Numbered from the stretch's first letter, positions 38,060 to 51,793 are shown. The stretch is 64,000 nt of DNA from Octopus sinensis (GCF_006345805.1 NC_043006.1:27094001-27158000), one strand, 5' to 3'. The notes: a model not told the origin generated them from the sequence alone. Numbers and translations: made by a program.

Positions 38060-39062
38060 CTGACTTCTACCGGAGATTACATGGTATTTATAGAGACGAC
38101 ACCATTGACAAGAGTAATGTGCATAGATGAATAGAGAGGTTTAAAGAAAAGAAAACCAATACTGAAGACAAACCACAGAGTGGGAGATCACCAACTGTGA
38201 CCTCTGGTATGAATCACCAGTGAGTGAAGGAATTGATTTGCGCAGAGAGACAAGTTGCAATCCATGAGATTACTTCTCAACTGGATTGTGGTCAAAATGC
38301 ATTACAGAAGATAGTGAAAGACTTTGGGTTCAAAAACCAACAATTGGAAAAAAAAGTCTTTGATGGTGAAAGACTTTGGGTATCAAAAAGTATGTACAAA
38401 GTGAGTACCTCAACATCTTACACCTGATTTACAGGAGAGAAAGGTGGAAATTTGCTCTGATCTGCTGGAGACAGAAGCCTGTGAAAGTACATTTTTTAAA
38501 AATGATCTAGAAATGAAGGCTTAGTCTGTGGAATGGTGTTGCATTTCTTTTTCAAGGCCCAAGAAGTTCAAAAGCCAGTAGTTAGCAAAGAAAGTCTTTG
38601 ATTTTCTAGAATGTGATGTACTATGAACAGCAAGTTTTGCAGATCAGAGCAAATTTCCATCCTTCTATTTTGACTACAATCAATTGAGAAGTAACCTCAT
38701 GGTGTGCAGCTTGTCTGCCTGCACAAATCAATTTGCCCACTCTCTGGTGATTAGGAAGAAGAGACCAAACAAGAATCTGAAAATGATCTACATTCACCAA
38801 GACAATGTACGACCACATCATATTTGGCAACAAATCAGAGAATCAGCAAACTGGGCCTGTCAGTGGTCCAGCATCCAGCATACTGCCTTCATCTGACATT
38901 CTGAGACTTCTATTTGTTTTTTTTTCCAGTGAAGGACAGTGTTTGGAGACAATGATTTGATGACATAGATGAGGTGATGACATAGATGAGTGCTCACCTA
39001 ATTTTTTTTAAAGAGGATTCAAGAGTTACTTCAACCATGGTGCAATTGCTTTTCTTGTAATG
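38060..39062 (+). mobile_element. Decayed mariner-type transposase
   Basis: Remnants of the HTH region (EDKPQSGRSP), HQDNVRPH and a PSD-F-LF-like motif, with many stops. Confidence 0.8.
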
Positions 39063-39415
39063 TAGATTGTGTTTTGTAATACTTTTGTATAGCATAAGAG
39101 TTACTCTACCAACATGCAATTTGAACAACTGGTATCAGTTAATGATAATGTTATACCCACTTTTGTATTACTTCTGGTACAATTCTTATATAATTTATTG
39201 ATATTAATTAAAAGTGTAAGCTGAAGCAAAGTACTCTACTTTTCTTTTACTTTAAGAGCTATAAAAACAACTGAATTTTTAGGATTTCTTATTTATCAGC
39301 TATAGCTTATTTTTTTCATTCTAAATTGTTATACATAAAAGATACATATGTTGGGCTAGTTTTTTGTTAATACTGATTTTTTTTCTCTCACATAATCCCT
39401 CTCCTGATGTAACAG

Positions 39416-39493
39416 AGAAAGATGAGAAAAAAGATGGTACAGATGGTCTCAAGAGCTGTTCAGGTATTAAAGAATGTGAACCTGCTGATTTAG
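39416..39493 (+). CDS. BRCA1: BRCA1 coding exon 8
   Basis: Pyrimidine tract...aacag|AG...TAG|gtaatt, 78 nt, phase 1 to 1, KDEKKDGTDGLKSCSGIKECEPADL. Confidence 0.75.
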   Translation, partial: RKMRKKMVQMVSRAVQVLKNVNLLI

Positions 39494-42400
39494 GTAATTT
39501 TTAATCTATATATATATAAAAGAGAGTTTGTATGCATTTGAAAACTGAGTTGCTGATTTTGATGTATGGGGTATCAAAAGATTCAGTAATCTTTCGGTTA
39601 CCAAATAAACTTTATTTTCATCAACATATTTTTTATGTTATCTAACAACCAGCTTTAGTTATTTGAAAGACACTGCTCTACAGCAACCAGGTTTCATTAG
39701 AAAGTGAAAATAGTTTCACACTTTCAATTTGAACCAAAATTACAAAGTGTTGCATTACAACTGATGATATGTGAATAATGAAAGTAATGTTTTTCCGAAT
39801 TAGTCACATCTGTACTATAATAAAGAAAGCTGCTTATCATCTATGTATATATATTGGGTCACCCCATCAGTAATGTGGTTTTTTTCAATTGCATGAACTA
39901 AAATTTGGAGAGGGATGGGATAAACTACCTGCATCAACTTGCTATAAAAGCAGGTAGTGATTTTAACTTGTACTTATTCTTAATGCAAGTTTTGAAGAGT
40001 GCAGTTCGATTTTAGCAGTTATTTTTTCAAACCGATGATGGAAGTGATAGAGGAGTGTAGTGACATCATTTTACTAGTGAGCGCACACGCAACGTCATTC
40101 TTCAGTGTGTGTGTGCGGAACGTCATTCTTCAGTGTGCGTGTGCGGGGCTGGAACCTTCTAGAGCCTTCTGGAAAGGCCTAAGGAAGTTCCCTCATGCAC
40201 ATGCGCTAGAGACTGGGGAAGAAAATTCTATCGCATTCCTTGTTAGCGTCGTTGACTTGAGACACGGCTATTGAAGAGAAAGGACGTGTTAAACGTGTGA
40301 TCAGCCATTCTCCTGTTCCAGACGCTTGGGATTTGACCTGCTCTGTTGCTGCTGAATTTGTTGTAAGAATCTTACAAACGTTAAAATTCAGCTTTGCTAT
40401 ATTGAACCAAGTGGATACCAATATACCAATGTGCTTCATTTATAAATAAGAGAATAAAGAATCATATATATTTTTAAAGTTACGTTTTGTTCCTGACTGG
40501 TAGATTCTGGAAACAAAAAGAAAGGAAATTGTGTTGAACCCAAGTTGCACCCAAAAAGTGTAAAGAATCAACCAGTTCCCTTTACAGGAGCATATTCAGC
40601 ATATTTTGCTTTATGAGTTCAACGAAGGCAATGAAATCAAAGTGATGGTCACATTTGGAATGTTTATTAATCTATAAAGAATCTCTGGTTTCATAAAAAG
40701 ATGGGATGGTCTTAGGATGCTTTTGTTTGCACTAATGTTTGAGGAATTGATAAATAAATTGTGATTCCTTGCTAACCTGCTAGTTTAAGTTTGAAGAAAG
40801 AAATTCATCAGACTGGTTTGCTTAGCAAAATTTCTATTTTAGACTAGAAAGTAGAGGAGTCTAACAAAATACTTTTTGTTTTTACTTTATTTTTATTGCA
40901 ACAATAAATTTTGGCTGCTATGTGTTCAGTTTTGTTTTATTGTACTTAAATATTCATTGTAACAAATTTCATTACAAAGAGACTTAGTGTTTTTTCAATA
41001 GCATTAAGGCCAAGGATTGAAACAAATTTCAAATTTCATCTGTATACAATTATTGATCTGTATTCAAATACATGTTTTTGTTGTCTTCAAAACACATGTT
41101 AATATAACTCACCTACTAAACCTACCACTACCAAGATTGTTGCAATATTGCCCGCCACTTCATTCTTACCCTAGTGTCTCTTAGATATTGTCATTTCATA
41201 CTTTCATCCTGTATTCTTATTTTCCTGTCTTAAACACATTTTATTGTCAAAGTTACTTCTAGTGTGTAATGTACTCTTCACTTTTACTTTCTTTACTGCT
41301 ATCTAGCTCTCTTGCCTCCCCCCCACTTCGATGCTTAATTCATTTTAGAAAACTTCTACACACTCTTCCTACTTTTAAGCAACACAATAAAATTCTTTGT
41401 AACTGTGACAGATGCATTGTCTCTGATAATCTACCTCATGATGTCAAATACATAATATTACCAAACCTGTATTTCAGCTTCTTTGACCTTTTTTGAAGTA
41501 CTGTGTTTATATCTGGCATGGTACTACTGATAGACATAAATTTTAGATATTTATTTTAGACTGTAGCAACAAAGTTGATTGGAAAAGATTCACTCACTAC
41601 AACAAATGATTCTTTAATGCTGCTTCTTTTACTACTACTACTACTACAGCCGTTACTTCCCTGAACCAGCAAGCTGCACACCACCTTCACCCTAAACTTT
41701 TTTCTATTTCATAACTTCCATTGTGTCTTGCTCCACCTTCAAATTCTTCACTAAACACTTTTCAATCCTTCTTCTTCAGAACTTCACTCTTCTGGAGACC
41801 CCTCTCCTCACCATATTTCTCATATAGGTATCAATCTGCAGAAGTTCAAACTGACCGTCAACAGCATTGGTCTTACTTGGTTGAAAGGACCTACAATGGT
41901 CATGTGTGCAATTCCTATTCTGTGCATATGAATAATTAAAAAAATTACCATTTACAGATATGATTTTGTTTGGTTTCTCCTTAGAGGCTTATCTCATATA
42001 GTTAGACCTCATTGTACATGAACTTAATTTTTACTGAACTGTCTGGAAAGAGGGGAAAAAAAGCATGATTTCAGTGGCTCAGTTGATGAAATTCTAACCT
42101 TCATGTTTCACATCAGTCAATTTTTATTCTTTTTATTTCAAGAAAGATAAGTGTAAGCAGAGAAAGTTGTACTAAAGAATTGAAGTACTGAGGAAGAAAG
42201 TTTGGATAGAATATTTGGTACAAGGAACGGGAAGTGGTATACAGGTGTTAATGTTAGAATCAAAATTAGATTTAATAGGGATAATAAAAGGAGAAAGTAT
42301 CTGGGGGACTCAGATGTAGTGTTGGTGAGTAAGAGTATGTGTATTTCATTGCTGGTATTTTATTTTTATAGATGTGATCAGTGTTCATTGTGTTTGCTTC

Positions 42401-42621
42401 TTGATAAAATGAACTTTAGGTCTTTTGGTTCTGTTGAAATTCTGTTTGGGTGAACTTAGTTTGTTTTTTTTTAACTACCATTTATTTTATTGGTGTTAAG
42501 CTACTGAATTATTTCTTTACCCATCCATATATAACTTTGTGTTAATGAAAATCTTACATTTTTCAGGAAAATATTTACTCTATCTTTCTACATTTATTTA
42601 TTTCAATCTTATTTATTTCAG

Positions 42622-45122
42622 AAATACAATCTGAAGATGTAAGTAAGCCTTCTAGTTTCTTACACGCATCTGATAGAAAGGATTCTGGCTCTGATTTATC
42701 ACCATCAAATAGATTAGCTTCTGAAACAAGTTGTTGCTCTTCAATAAAAAGTGCATCTCAATTCAAAGATGATTCTTTAATGTCTTCTGCTGTTGATATG
42801 TTAATTTCTGATAAACTTGATAAAGTAAATGATAGTACATTTCATAAGGATACTGATAAATATTCAAAACCACTTCATAATTCAATGAAGGAATTAACAG
42901 AAACAGGAAATTCTTCAATTGTTGATGACTCAATTTTACCTTGTAATTTGTCAAATTTATCAGCATCAAATAAACAAATAAGTACTGAAGAAGTTTACAA
43001 TGATGCTGCCAAAGAAATTATTTCATCTAAACAGGCTTTGAAGATGCCAAACAAAACTAGTAAATCACAGGCAGTATCAAATGATAGCAAATCTCCCTCA
43101 AATTTCTTGTTAATCCCAGATTTTAAACTTGTGGATTATACTCTCACCCAGAGCTCAGTAATGTCAGAAGACAATATAAAGCTTAATTCTTGTATTGGTC
43201 AACCTCAGATTAAGGAAAGTATTTCATCCCAAGATCTTGAAAGAAATAATGAAAAGCAGTTAAATACTGGAAAAAATATAGAAGATGATTCTGTCTCTCT
43301 ACCTTCAAATCACTCTTTGTGTGTGCGAGAAACTTGTAAAGAAAATGTTGGAGATATTAGTCAAAATATGCTTTTAGAAGGAACTTTTCACGATAAAATT
43401 ATCAGACAATTCAATTGTAAATCAGATGAAAATCTGAAGAATTCTAATTCTCTTTCCACTGACTCTTCTCCATTATTCAGTAGTAACTCTAAAGTTGACA
43501 ATAAAGAAATATATGAAAATCCAGAGTCTTTGCAAGATGTTGTTCTCATGTATGATAAAGAATTAACTCCTCCCCTCATAATGAACAGTTCTCAAGACAA
43601 GAATTGTAAAATCATTGTATCTGAGTTTGATCCTGAAGCAAAATCCACCATTCCAAAAACTATTTCAGAAAAAACATCTGATTTAGAATCGCAAGGATCC
43701 TTACCTTCAATGCAACCTTGTAAAATTGAATCAATTGAATGTCAGCCGTCTTCATGTAGTGAGATTCCTTGTAGTGTAGATGTTGAAAACAATTATGTAA
43801 ATATATTGCCAGAACTACAGAAACTGTATCAGAATGAAACACCTAAGGCTGAGAGAAAAGAAACACCAGAAGAAAATGTTGTATTTAATAATGAATCATG
43901 TTCAAAGAACCTACCTGTTCAATCAAAATACCAAAAGGATATACCTCAAAAGGATCAATCTACTACAACTCCTAAAACAATGATGTTTACTACTGACTGT
44001 TCTACATTAGATTCACAGATTGTTAAACCAACTAGAGCATCAAAAAGGAAATGTTTTTCTCTTGATGGAAGAAGCTTAAAATCAGTTGTCTCTGATAAAG
44101 TTTTCAGCTGTCAATCTGAAATATATAGCAGTTCAAAAAAAGATAATTTAGTTGATTCTTTTAGGAGCAAAGCAAAATCTAAAGGCAATTGTATATTTTT
44201 AGGTAGTAGTAGTAGTCAGCCAGTTGAAGAAAAGGAAAAACAAATACTAGAAAATTTGTCTGACCATGTCATATCTTTGCAAGGAAAGTCCTCACCTTTG
44301 AAGGTTCAAAAATGTCCAAGGAAGAGAAGAAAATCTAATGAAGAAAACTATTTTGAAATAAAATGTGATGATTTGAAAAATTCGGCATCCATTGGCAATC
44401 AGTCACAAGAAAGGGTTATCCCCAATGAAATTACTGAAGAAAAGTCTGTTGACTCCTCAAATGTTAGGGACAGTTACAATGATTCCTTAACACAAGCACC
44501 TTCGTGTGACAGAGAATCATTAGAATTTCTAACTGATAAAACAATTTCACCAATGCCACTTTCTCCTACACCTTCTAGTATAACCACAGATGTCGTAAGT
44601 GAGCCAATTGTCACTAGTTGGACACACGGTGCAGTTCCTCTAGATAGTGATGGGATGAATAACTTAAAAAGGAACACTTCAACCGAAAGCAAAGAAATAC
44701 AAATATTTCAAGATATCGATATTGAAAACAGTAATCCATTGTTACCAGTTGATAATGGAATTGAAATTGAGCAGTCTGGAAGAATACAGAATTTTAGTTT
44801 AAATTTAGAAAATTCAAATAGTGTTGCAAATATTTCTCAAGAGTCACAAGAACCAAAAGCTAAGCAAACTCTAATCACGGTGAGAAAGGACTCTACAAAG
44901 ATTCATTCAGAAATGAGTCAAACAACAGCTAATGAGCCAAAAGAAGGCATAAGCACAATAAAATTTCAACATATAGATACATTAAAAACCTCACACAGCA
45001 TTGAAATGGAATCACAGGGAAATCTGTCAGGAGTTCAAAAAGAAGGTGGTTTACAAGTTGAAACAATTAAACATGGAAATACTGCTGTTGATATATCATC
45101 ACAACTTGATGTACCAAATGAT
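42622..45122 (+). CDS. BRCA1: BRCA1 large central exon (2501 nt; Ser-rich, low complexity)
   Basis: tttcag|AA, in frame with ORF 42780-45182, donor GAT|gtaagt at 45123. Several SQ/TQ sites and a basic NLS-like KCPRKRRKS. Confidence 0.92.
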
Positions 45123-45860
45123 GTAAGTATCATTTTAAAATATTTTGCATTAGGTATTTTATATTTCACTTTTTACACATGAAAGTATAAATTTAAATGC
45201 CTTTTCTTTATAAGCCTGCTTTTTTCAAGAAACTTTCAGGTAGTTGTCACCATCTCCTTCCTGATCCACTCCTGTTTCCTTCATATATGTATATACATTT
45301 GTGCACACACACATGCAGCCATATAATTAAAGATATATCATCATCATTTAAAGTCCATGTTCTGTGCTGGCAGTTTGACAGATTAGAAAGGTCTGAGGAC
45401 TGCATTGTGTTTCTGTGTCTACTTAAGCATGATTTCTATTGCTGGGTGACCTTACACCAACCATGTTACTGGGTGCTTTTTTTCATGGCATCAGCACTAG
45501 TGAGATGAAGATTAAGATTGTTTTCAAATGAATGGAGCTACAGTAGAGAAAATAGCATTATGCAGAAGATAAGAGGTTAAAATTTGAAAGTGTCAGAACA
45601 CAACAGATTTCTTGCTGTAAAAAAGAAGAAAAAAACGTGTTTATTACTACACAAAATATTGTTTTCCAGGATTTTGTAGCCCATAATTATAATAAGCACA
45701 AGTGCATATTAAATATGAATAAATATAGTAGTCATTTTATTACTTTGCATCAACCTAATAGTCAAAACTGTAAACATAATACATAGAGCAATAATAAATT
45801 ATTATTACCAGTGGCCTAGCACAAAAAACGAATTAGTCATTAGACTATATATTATTCATA

Positions 45861-46074
45861 TAGAAATACAATAAGAGGCTTCCAGATAGGAAAGCATTGC
45901 GCTAGAAAGAGCAGTAGAAATCTCAAAACCACAAGAAAAAGGATAAATTCTTGAATAAACGTTTTTAATTTTCATTCCTTTCGAGAATTTATCCTTTTTC
46001 TTGTGGTTTTGAGATTTCTACTGCTCTTTCTTGCACAACGCTTTCCTATTTGGAAGCCTCTTATTGTATTTCTA
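45861..46074. repeat. Inverted repeat, about 95-bp arms with 24-nt loop
   Basis: 45861-45955 is the reverse complement of 45980-46074 with a few mismatches. Confidence 0.9.
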
Positions 46075-46251
46075 ATAGTCAAAACTGCAACATAGAAATA
46101 ACAGATAGTCTACAAAATTCTGTTTATGTAGTAATTTTGGTGGTTATCGTGATAATGATTGGATTGTTTATTCCTGTGATGTTTCATTGCAATGTTTAAA
46201 ATCAAAAATAGAATCTGTAATTTCTTTTAAGCTTTCTACTATCTGTTTCAG

Positions 46252-46408
46252 GTAAATCTTTCTTTCCAGATGAATGCATCCCAAGATCCTTGTGATTCAA
46301 GTAATACTACAGAAGTTACTAGACGTATTAAATTATCAAATGAAAAAACTGAATTACAAAAAGATACTAACAGCTTTGATAACGAAAGAACACAATCATC
46401 AAAACAAG
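46252..46408 (+). CDS. BRCA1: BRCA1 coding exon 10 (alternative in-frame acceptor at 46269|46270)
   Basis: tttcag|GTA... or ttccag|ATG..., open frame to CAAG|gtataa, phase 0 to 1. Confidence 0.8.
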
Positions 46409-47409
46409 GTATAATTATCCCTTTAAGCATTAGAGTATAACAAACAATTTGTTGTAAATATTAATTTCAAATTTTGGCACAGGGCCAGCAATTTCAAGAG
46501 AGGAGATAAGTTGTTTACATTGACCCCAGTGTTCAACTGGTACTTATTTTATTGACCCCAAAAGGATGAAAGGCAAAGTCAACCTTGGTGGAATTTGAAC
46601 TCAGAAGATGAGGACAGACAAAATGCTGCTAAACATTTTGTCCAGCGTGCTAACAATTCTGCCAACTCATTGCCTTAAATTTGTTGTATATATTATTATT
46701 ATAAGGATCCAAATGAAAAGTAATGCCTCGAATGGGTAGAAAAGTCTGTAAGATAGTAGAGAACCATTCTTGAGATTATTATTTTGTATACTGCTCTGTG
46801 TTTGTTAGCAAAATAATCCTGCAGCTGTTTTTAAGCATTTTCTTTTTTCCTTTATGTGGCTTCTAAGTGCTACTTTTTATTCATTTATGGTTTTGTATGT
46901 TGACTATTTTTATTTCTTTCGAGCATAATTTTGGTCACTCTCACTCTCTCCTATAATGCGAATAACTAAGTCAATAACTGTAACTCAATTGTTGTTGTAT
47001 TTGTTTTTAGCGACTCCTGTAGTTGTTCCTGTTGCTTCTCTTGAAGCTGTACTACTGCAGCTAATAGGTTTTCCATGACGCAGAAATTGTCAAATAATCA
47101 ATGTGAGTTTTGAATGATCCTCATCACCAGATGTTATATCTTTAGGGACAAGTGAATACACTGCAACAGTGTAATAACAATATAATCGAAACAAACAGCA
47201 ATAACCACATGGAACGTAACAACATTCTTTTAAGAACCAACAATCCAACACACTAACTCGAACTGTAAACTTGGAACAATCAACACACAAGCTGTGGAAC
47301 TAGCATGATGATTTTTTTGAAACCACAAGGGTTAAACAAAGAGGGGACAATACAAGGGACAAATGGGGTTGGGGACTTATCAAATGATATGAAAAAAAAA
47401 AAAAAAAGA

Positions 47410-47645
47410 AGGCGGCGGCGAGCTGGCAGAATTGTTAGCACACCGGGCAAAATGTGTAGCGTATTTCGTCTGCCGTTACGTTCTGAGTTCAAATTCCACT
47501 GAGGTCGATTTTGCCTTTCATCCTTTCAGGGTCAATTAAATAAGTACCAGTTACGCACTGGGGTCGATGTAATCGACTTAATTCATTTGTCTGTCCTTGT
47601 TTGTCCCCTCTATGTTTAGCCCCTTGTGGGTAATAAAGAAACAGA
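47410..47645 (+). mobile_element. tRNA-derived SINE with a CORE-like central block (minus copies at about 46470-46660 and 61185-61375)
   Basis: GGCGGCGAGCTGGCAGAA...GAGTTCAAATTCC, then gcctttcatcctttcaggggtc..aaataagtaccag, shared by three copies. Confidence 0.8.
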
Positions 47646-47779
47646 TATGAATAAATACAATTACAGATGAAGATGAAACAAAAAATGAATTGATGCGGAA
47701 TGGGTTTGACTCACCAACCACATTCTTGCTGCGCTGAACCATTTACTTCATCTATTTTTACTCTGCTTAATTAGGTGCT

Positions 47780-48330
47780 TACATACCCAACATTTGGGCT
47801 ACTTTCTTCTATCTTCTGTCATACTTTTTTGCCATCAGGCATTACTTCTCCAGACATGCTTTCCCTCTTAGGTGATATAAAAAGAGGTTAACCAAAGCAT
47901 GCCCAGAGACGAAGGTGCCTGATGCAATACCTCTTCCACGTGTCTTCCATATCACCTCTTTCGCTATAGCTATTACGGCTAGAAAACAGAATTTTTCTTC
48001 TGCTTTTTGAGGAGATGGTGGAACGATCTTAATCGATTCAGCTGACAGCTGTAATCTCCCTAGCTGTGACAGTACCTGTTGAGTAGAAGCCCACAGGTCC
48101 GAGAGACTCGGACACTGTACAGTTGCATGCAGAACAATTTCATTGCTCTGCTCGCAACATGGTCACGTAGGCATAACTGTCATGCCGTGCCTCGCGAGTT
48201 TATCCCAAACTGGCAAGGCACTTTGGAAGCACAGCCAAGCCAGGGAATCTCTGGAAGTTGTTCATAGGTCTCAGCCCAAAAGTCCTTCGATGCAGGTTGG
48301 CAAGCTGACTTTTAAAATTCACCTTATCCT
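47780..48330 (-). mobile_element. Tx1/L1-clade LINE ORF2 C-terminal remnant (zinc-binding region)
   Basis: Hand translation of the minus strand: AWLCFQSALPVWDKLARHG...PCCEQSNEIVLHATVQCPSLSDLW...AKEVIWKTR. Confidence 0.75.
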
Positions 48331-49019
48331 AATCAAATTATTATAAATGACTTGAGATACTTGTCCTGCCTTGGTTTTTGTTGTCCTTTTCCTCTAATAT
48401 ATACCTGCTAACACGGAAGCCTAATACTGAACCCTAGCTCCAGCCTCAGCTGTGAACTTGGAACCTAACAGATGACCAATTATAGCACTTACTCAGTGTA
48501 CCTATTCTTTTAGATCACCAGTGAATTAAATCCCTCATTCTCTCTTTCTCTCTCTATATATATATACATATATGATATGTATATATATATATATAAATTT
48601 CCACAAGGGAGAGGTTGATTGTGACTTAGAAGTTTTGGCTTGCTTACCTTCATCAGATTGTGTTATGTAGGCCTTCATCAGGTTTTTTACACTCTGTGAG
48701 TGTGAAGGGTAGTTTTACTTGCCACTGGCACAGGTACCAGTTGTGTGACACCAGTATCTGCCATGACTACAATTTTATTTGGCTTGATGGATTTTCCTTC
48801 TCAAGCACAGCATATTACCAAAGGTCTCGGTCATTTGTCATTGCCTGTGGAGCCCAGTGCTCAAAAGGTGCTTTTTATGTGCTAGATCTGCAACATCAGC
48901 ATTGGCCACAATACCTCCCTGAAGCCTGGCGCTTGATAGGTGCTTTTTACGTGCCATCGGCATGGGTGCCTGTTATGTGACACTGACAACAACCACAACT
49001 ATGATTTCACTTTAACAAC

Positions 49020-49490
49020 AACAAAGGAGATCTACTGTGAGCAGCTTGAGCATAAGTCAGTGCTAGAAGGAAAACAACCATCCTTGGTTTCAAGATGAAA
49101 GGTGTTCTTCATTCAGGATAATGCTCTGCCACATACAGCGAGGATGACGTTCCAAATGCTGGAGCAGTTTGAATGGGAAACAATGCCCCACCCACCATGT
49201 TTACCAGACATTGTCCCATCTGATTATCATTTATTCTGTAATCTTCAAAATCATTTGGATGGAAAAAATATGAATTCTGTGGATGAGGTCAGAACAGTAC
49301 TGGAGGAGTATTTCTTGTCACGGACAAGTGAATTTTAGAGGAGGGGCCTTGCTAATCTACCAGATAGATAGAAGAGCATTCTAGAAAATGAAGGAGAGTA
49401 TATTTTAGATTTAAAAAGAACTTTGTTTATCTTAATTTTGAAAAATAAAAGTATAAAAATACTGCATTACTTATGGGATGACCCTATATT
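49020..49490 (+). mobile_element. Mariner transposase C-terminal remnant with right TIR
   Basis: IQDNALPHTA...HPPCLPDIVPSDYHLF (YSPDLAPSD family), followed by the TIR-like ttacttatgggatgacccta. Confidence 0.88.
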
Positions 49491-49729
49491 GTACTGCGTA
49501 TGTTTAAAAATAGTTATTTTCATGTACAAAGGTGATCTCATTGCTTGTTCTCTGTTGTTTTCTTGTGCTTTTTTTCCCCTTAAAATGCCCGTAGGAACAC
49601 AATCTCATTTAATAATATGAAAATCAATAGGAAAATTAAATTTCACATTGTGGAATTGCATGTTTTCAGAAACACATTGCTTCCGTAAAGCAAGAGATCT
49701 CTGCATATATACATATCATTATCTCTTTT

Positions 49730-49931
49730 ACTCTTTTACTGGTTTCAGTCATTTGACTGTGGCCATGCTGGAGCACTGCCTTTAGTCGAGCAAATCGACC
49801 ACAGGACTTATTCTTTGTAAGCCTAGTACTTATTCTATCGGTCTCTTTTGCCGAACTGCTAAGTTACGGGGATGTAAACACACCAGCATCGGTTGTCAAG
49901 CGATGTTGAGGGGACAGACACAGACACACAA

Positions 49932-49978
<47 letters not shown>

Positions 49979-50142
49979 CATATATACGACGAGCTTCTTT
50001 CAGTTTCCGTCTACTAAATCCATCACAAGGCTTTGGTCGGCCCAAGGCTATAGTAGAAAACACAAGGTGCCACGCAGTGGGACTGAACCCGGTACCATGT
50101 GGTTGGTGAGCAAGCTACTTACCACACAGCCATTCCTACGCC
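49730..50142 (-). mobile_element. tRNA-derived SINE (same family as 53752)
   Basis: Reverse complement of the 53752-54160 element. Confidence 0.88.
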
Positions 50143-50530
50143 TATATCTGTACATGTATTTTTAAAATGCTTCTGCTCACTAGAACATAAAAGGGCATTC
50201 ATGTGGAATTTTTTTCTTAGTATAAAAATACACTGTGCTGAACTCCAAGTAATGTTGGCAAACTACTAGATATGGTGTTTCAGCATGATTTTTCCTCTTC
50301 AGTGGCAGATACCACTTCAGTGCCCAATGTTTTTACTCACAAAGTTTATTGAGAGAAAGTTTTCTCCAAGATAAAATTCTGTGTGCAGGAACAGGTTAAA
50401 AATAAATATTTGCATAAACTGAAATTTTTGTAAAAAAAAGGAAATTTAAAAAAATGATAGCATATTTTTAAATCAAATACAAAAATATACACCACAAAAT
50501 ATATATATTTCATTTTCATTCTTACTGTAG

Positions 50531-50695
50531 CTAATGCAAATAAAATTTCCAGTACACAAGAGGAATGCATCTCTGATTCTGAGAAAATTGACGACCTAGA
50601 CTTGTTTAGAAAAGATAAAGAAAAATTTGAGGGAATTGACAATGAGATTGGAACTGATAAAAGAAGTAAACGCTTGGTTATATCTGAATCTGAAG
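50531..50695 (+). CDS. BRCA1: BRCA1 coding exon 11
   Basis: ctgtag|CT...GAAG|gtaaat, 165 nt, acidic open frame, phase 1 to 1. Confidence 0.85.
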
Positions 50696-50814
50696 GTAAA
50701 TAAGTCTTATTTTGGATTTCCATTTTCTGTTTACAGTACATTACTATATTTCTTTTACAAAATTACTGAAATATTTAACTTAGTTTCACTTCAAAGCCTT
50801 CATAGTGTTTTTAT

Positions 50815-50849
<35 letters not shown>

Positions 50850-51077
50850 ATGTGCCAAGTGCAAGGAAGGAATTCCAGAGGGAAGATGTTCTGGGGTGGA
50901 TAGACTAAGGCAATATAGGTTGCACAAGGAGGAGAGTCAGGAGTACCCTATAAATGTGACATGAAACTGTCCAGCTTAGAGGTATAAAGGAAGCTGGAGT
51001 GAGAGAGATGAGGCAACATGTCAGTTGGCCAGAGTTAGGTGTGTATGAGTAACTTCATGCTTATTACACTCTTTGCA

Positions 51078-51283
51078 CTCTTTTACCTGTTTCAGTCATT
51101 TGACTATGGCCATGCTGGAGCACCACCTTTAGTTGAGCAAATCAAGCCCAGGACTTATTCTTTGTAAGCCTAGTACTTATTCTATTGGTCTCTTTTGGCG
51201 AACTGCTAAGTTACGGGGACGCAAACAAACCAGCATTGGTTGTCAAGCGATGTTGGGGGGACAAATACAGACACAAACACACT

Positions 51284-51322
<39 letters not shown>

Positions 51323-51484
51323 GACGGGCTTCTTTCAGTTTCCGTCTACCAAATTCACTCACAAGGCTTTGGTCGGCCCAAGGCTATAGTAGAAGACAGT
51401 TGCCCAAGGTGCCATGCATTGGGACTGAACCCAGAACCATGTGGTTGGTAAGCAAGCTACTTACCACACAGCCACTCTTGCGCC
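51078..51484 (-). mobile_element. tRNA-derived SINE (same family as 53752)
   Basis: Reverse complement of the 53752-54160 element. Confidence 0.88.
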
Positions 51485-51793
51485 TTATTGAGTGGGTTTT
51501 CTTTTGATGTTATCTAGAATATCTGTGTATAGCAGCAACAGCATCCCAGATGTGAGACCAGTACCTCATACTTGAGTAGTGACTTTATATTCGTTGCAGG
51601 TTTTAATTTTTTTGGTTCTGAAAATGAAAAAAACCTTTTTGATGTAGTTTTGGCTGTAGTGAGGAAATTTGTTCACTTGAAGAGGTTCTCAGTAACGGTG
51701 AGATTTGGCAGTGACTGTAAACTTGAGAATCTAGTTGTATATTTGTGTTTATTGGTAGTTTGAGTGCAATATTGTTTTTTTTTTTCATAGATG

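Noticed and set aside
45123-45182. 3' end of the 800-aa ORF (VSIILKYFALGILYFTFYT*) as a hydrophobic C-terminus
   Set aside because: It follows a consensus GTAAGT donor and is most simply intron read-through. An intron-retained isoform cannot be excluded, but nothing here supports one.
47011-47300. Possible BRCA1 exon after ttgtttttag
   Set aside because: All three frames hit stops within about 25 codons, and the 46408-to-50531 join is already phase-correct.
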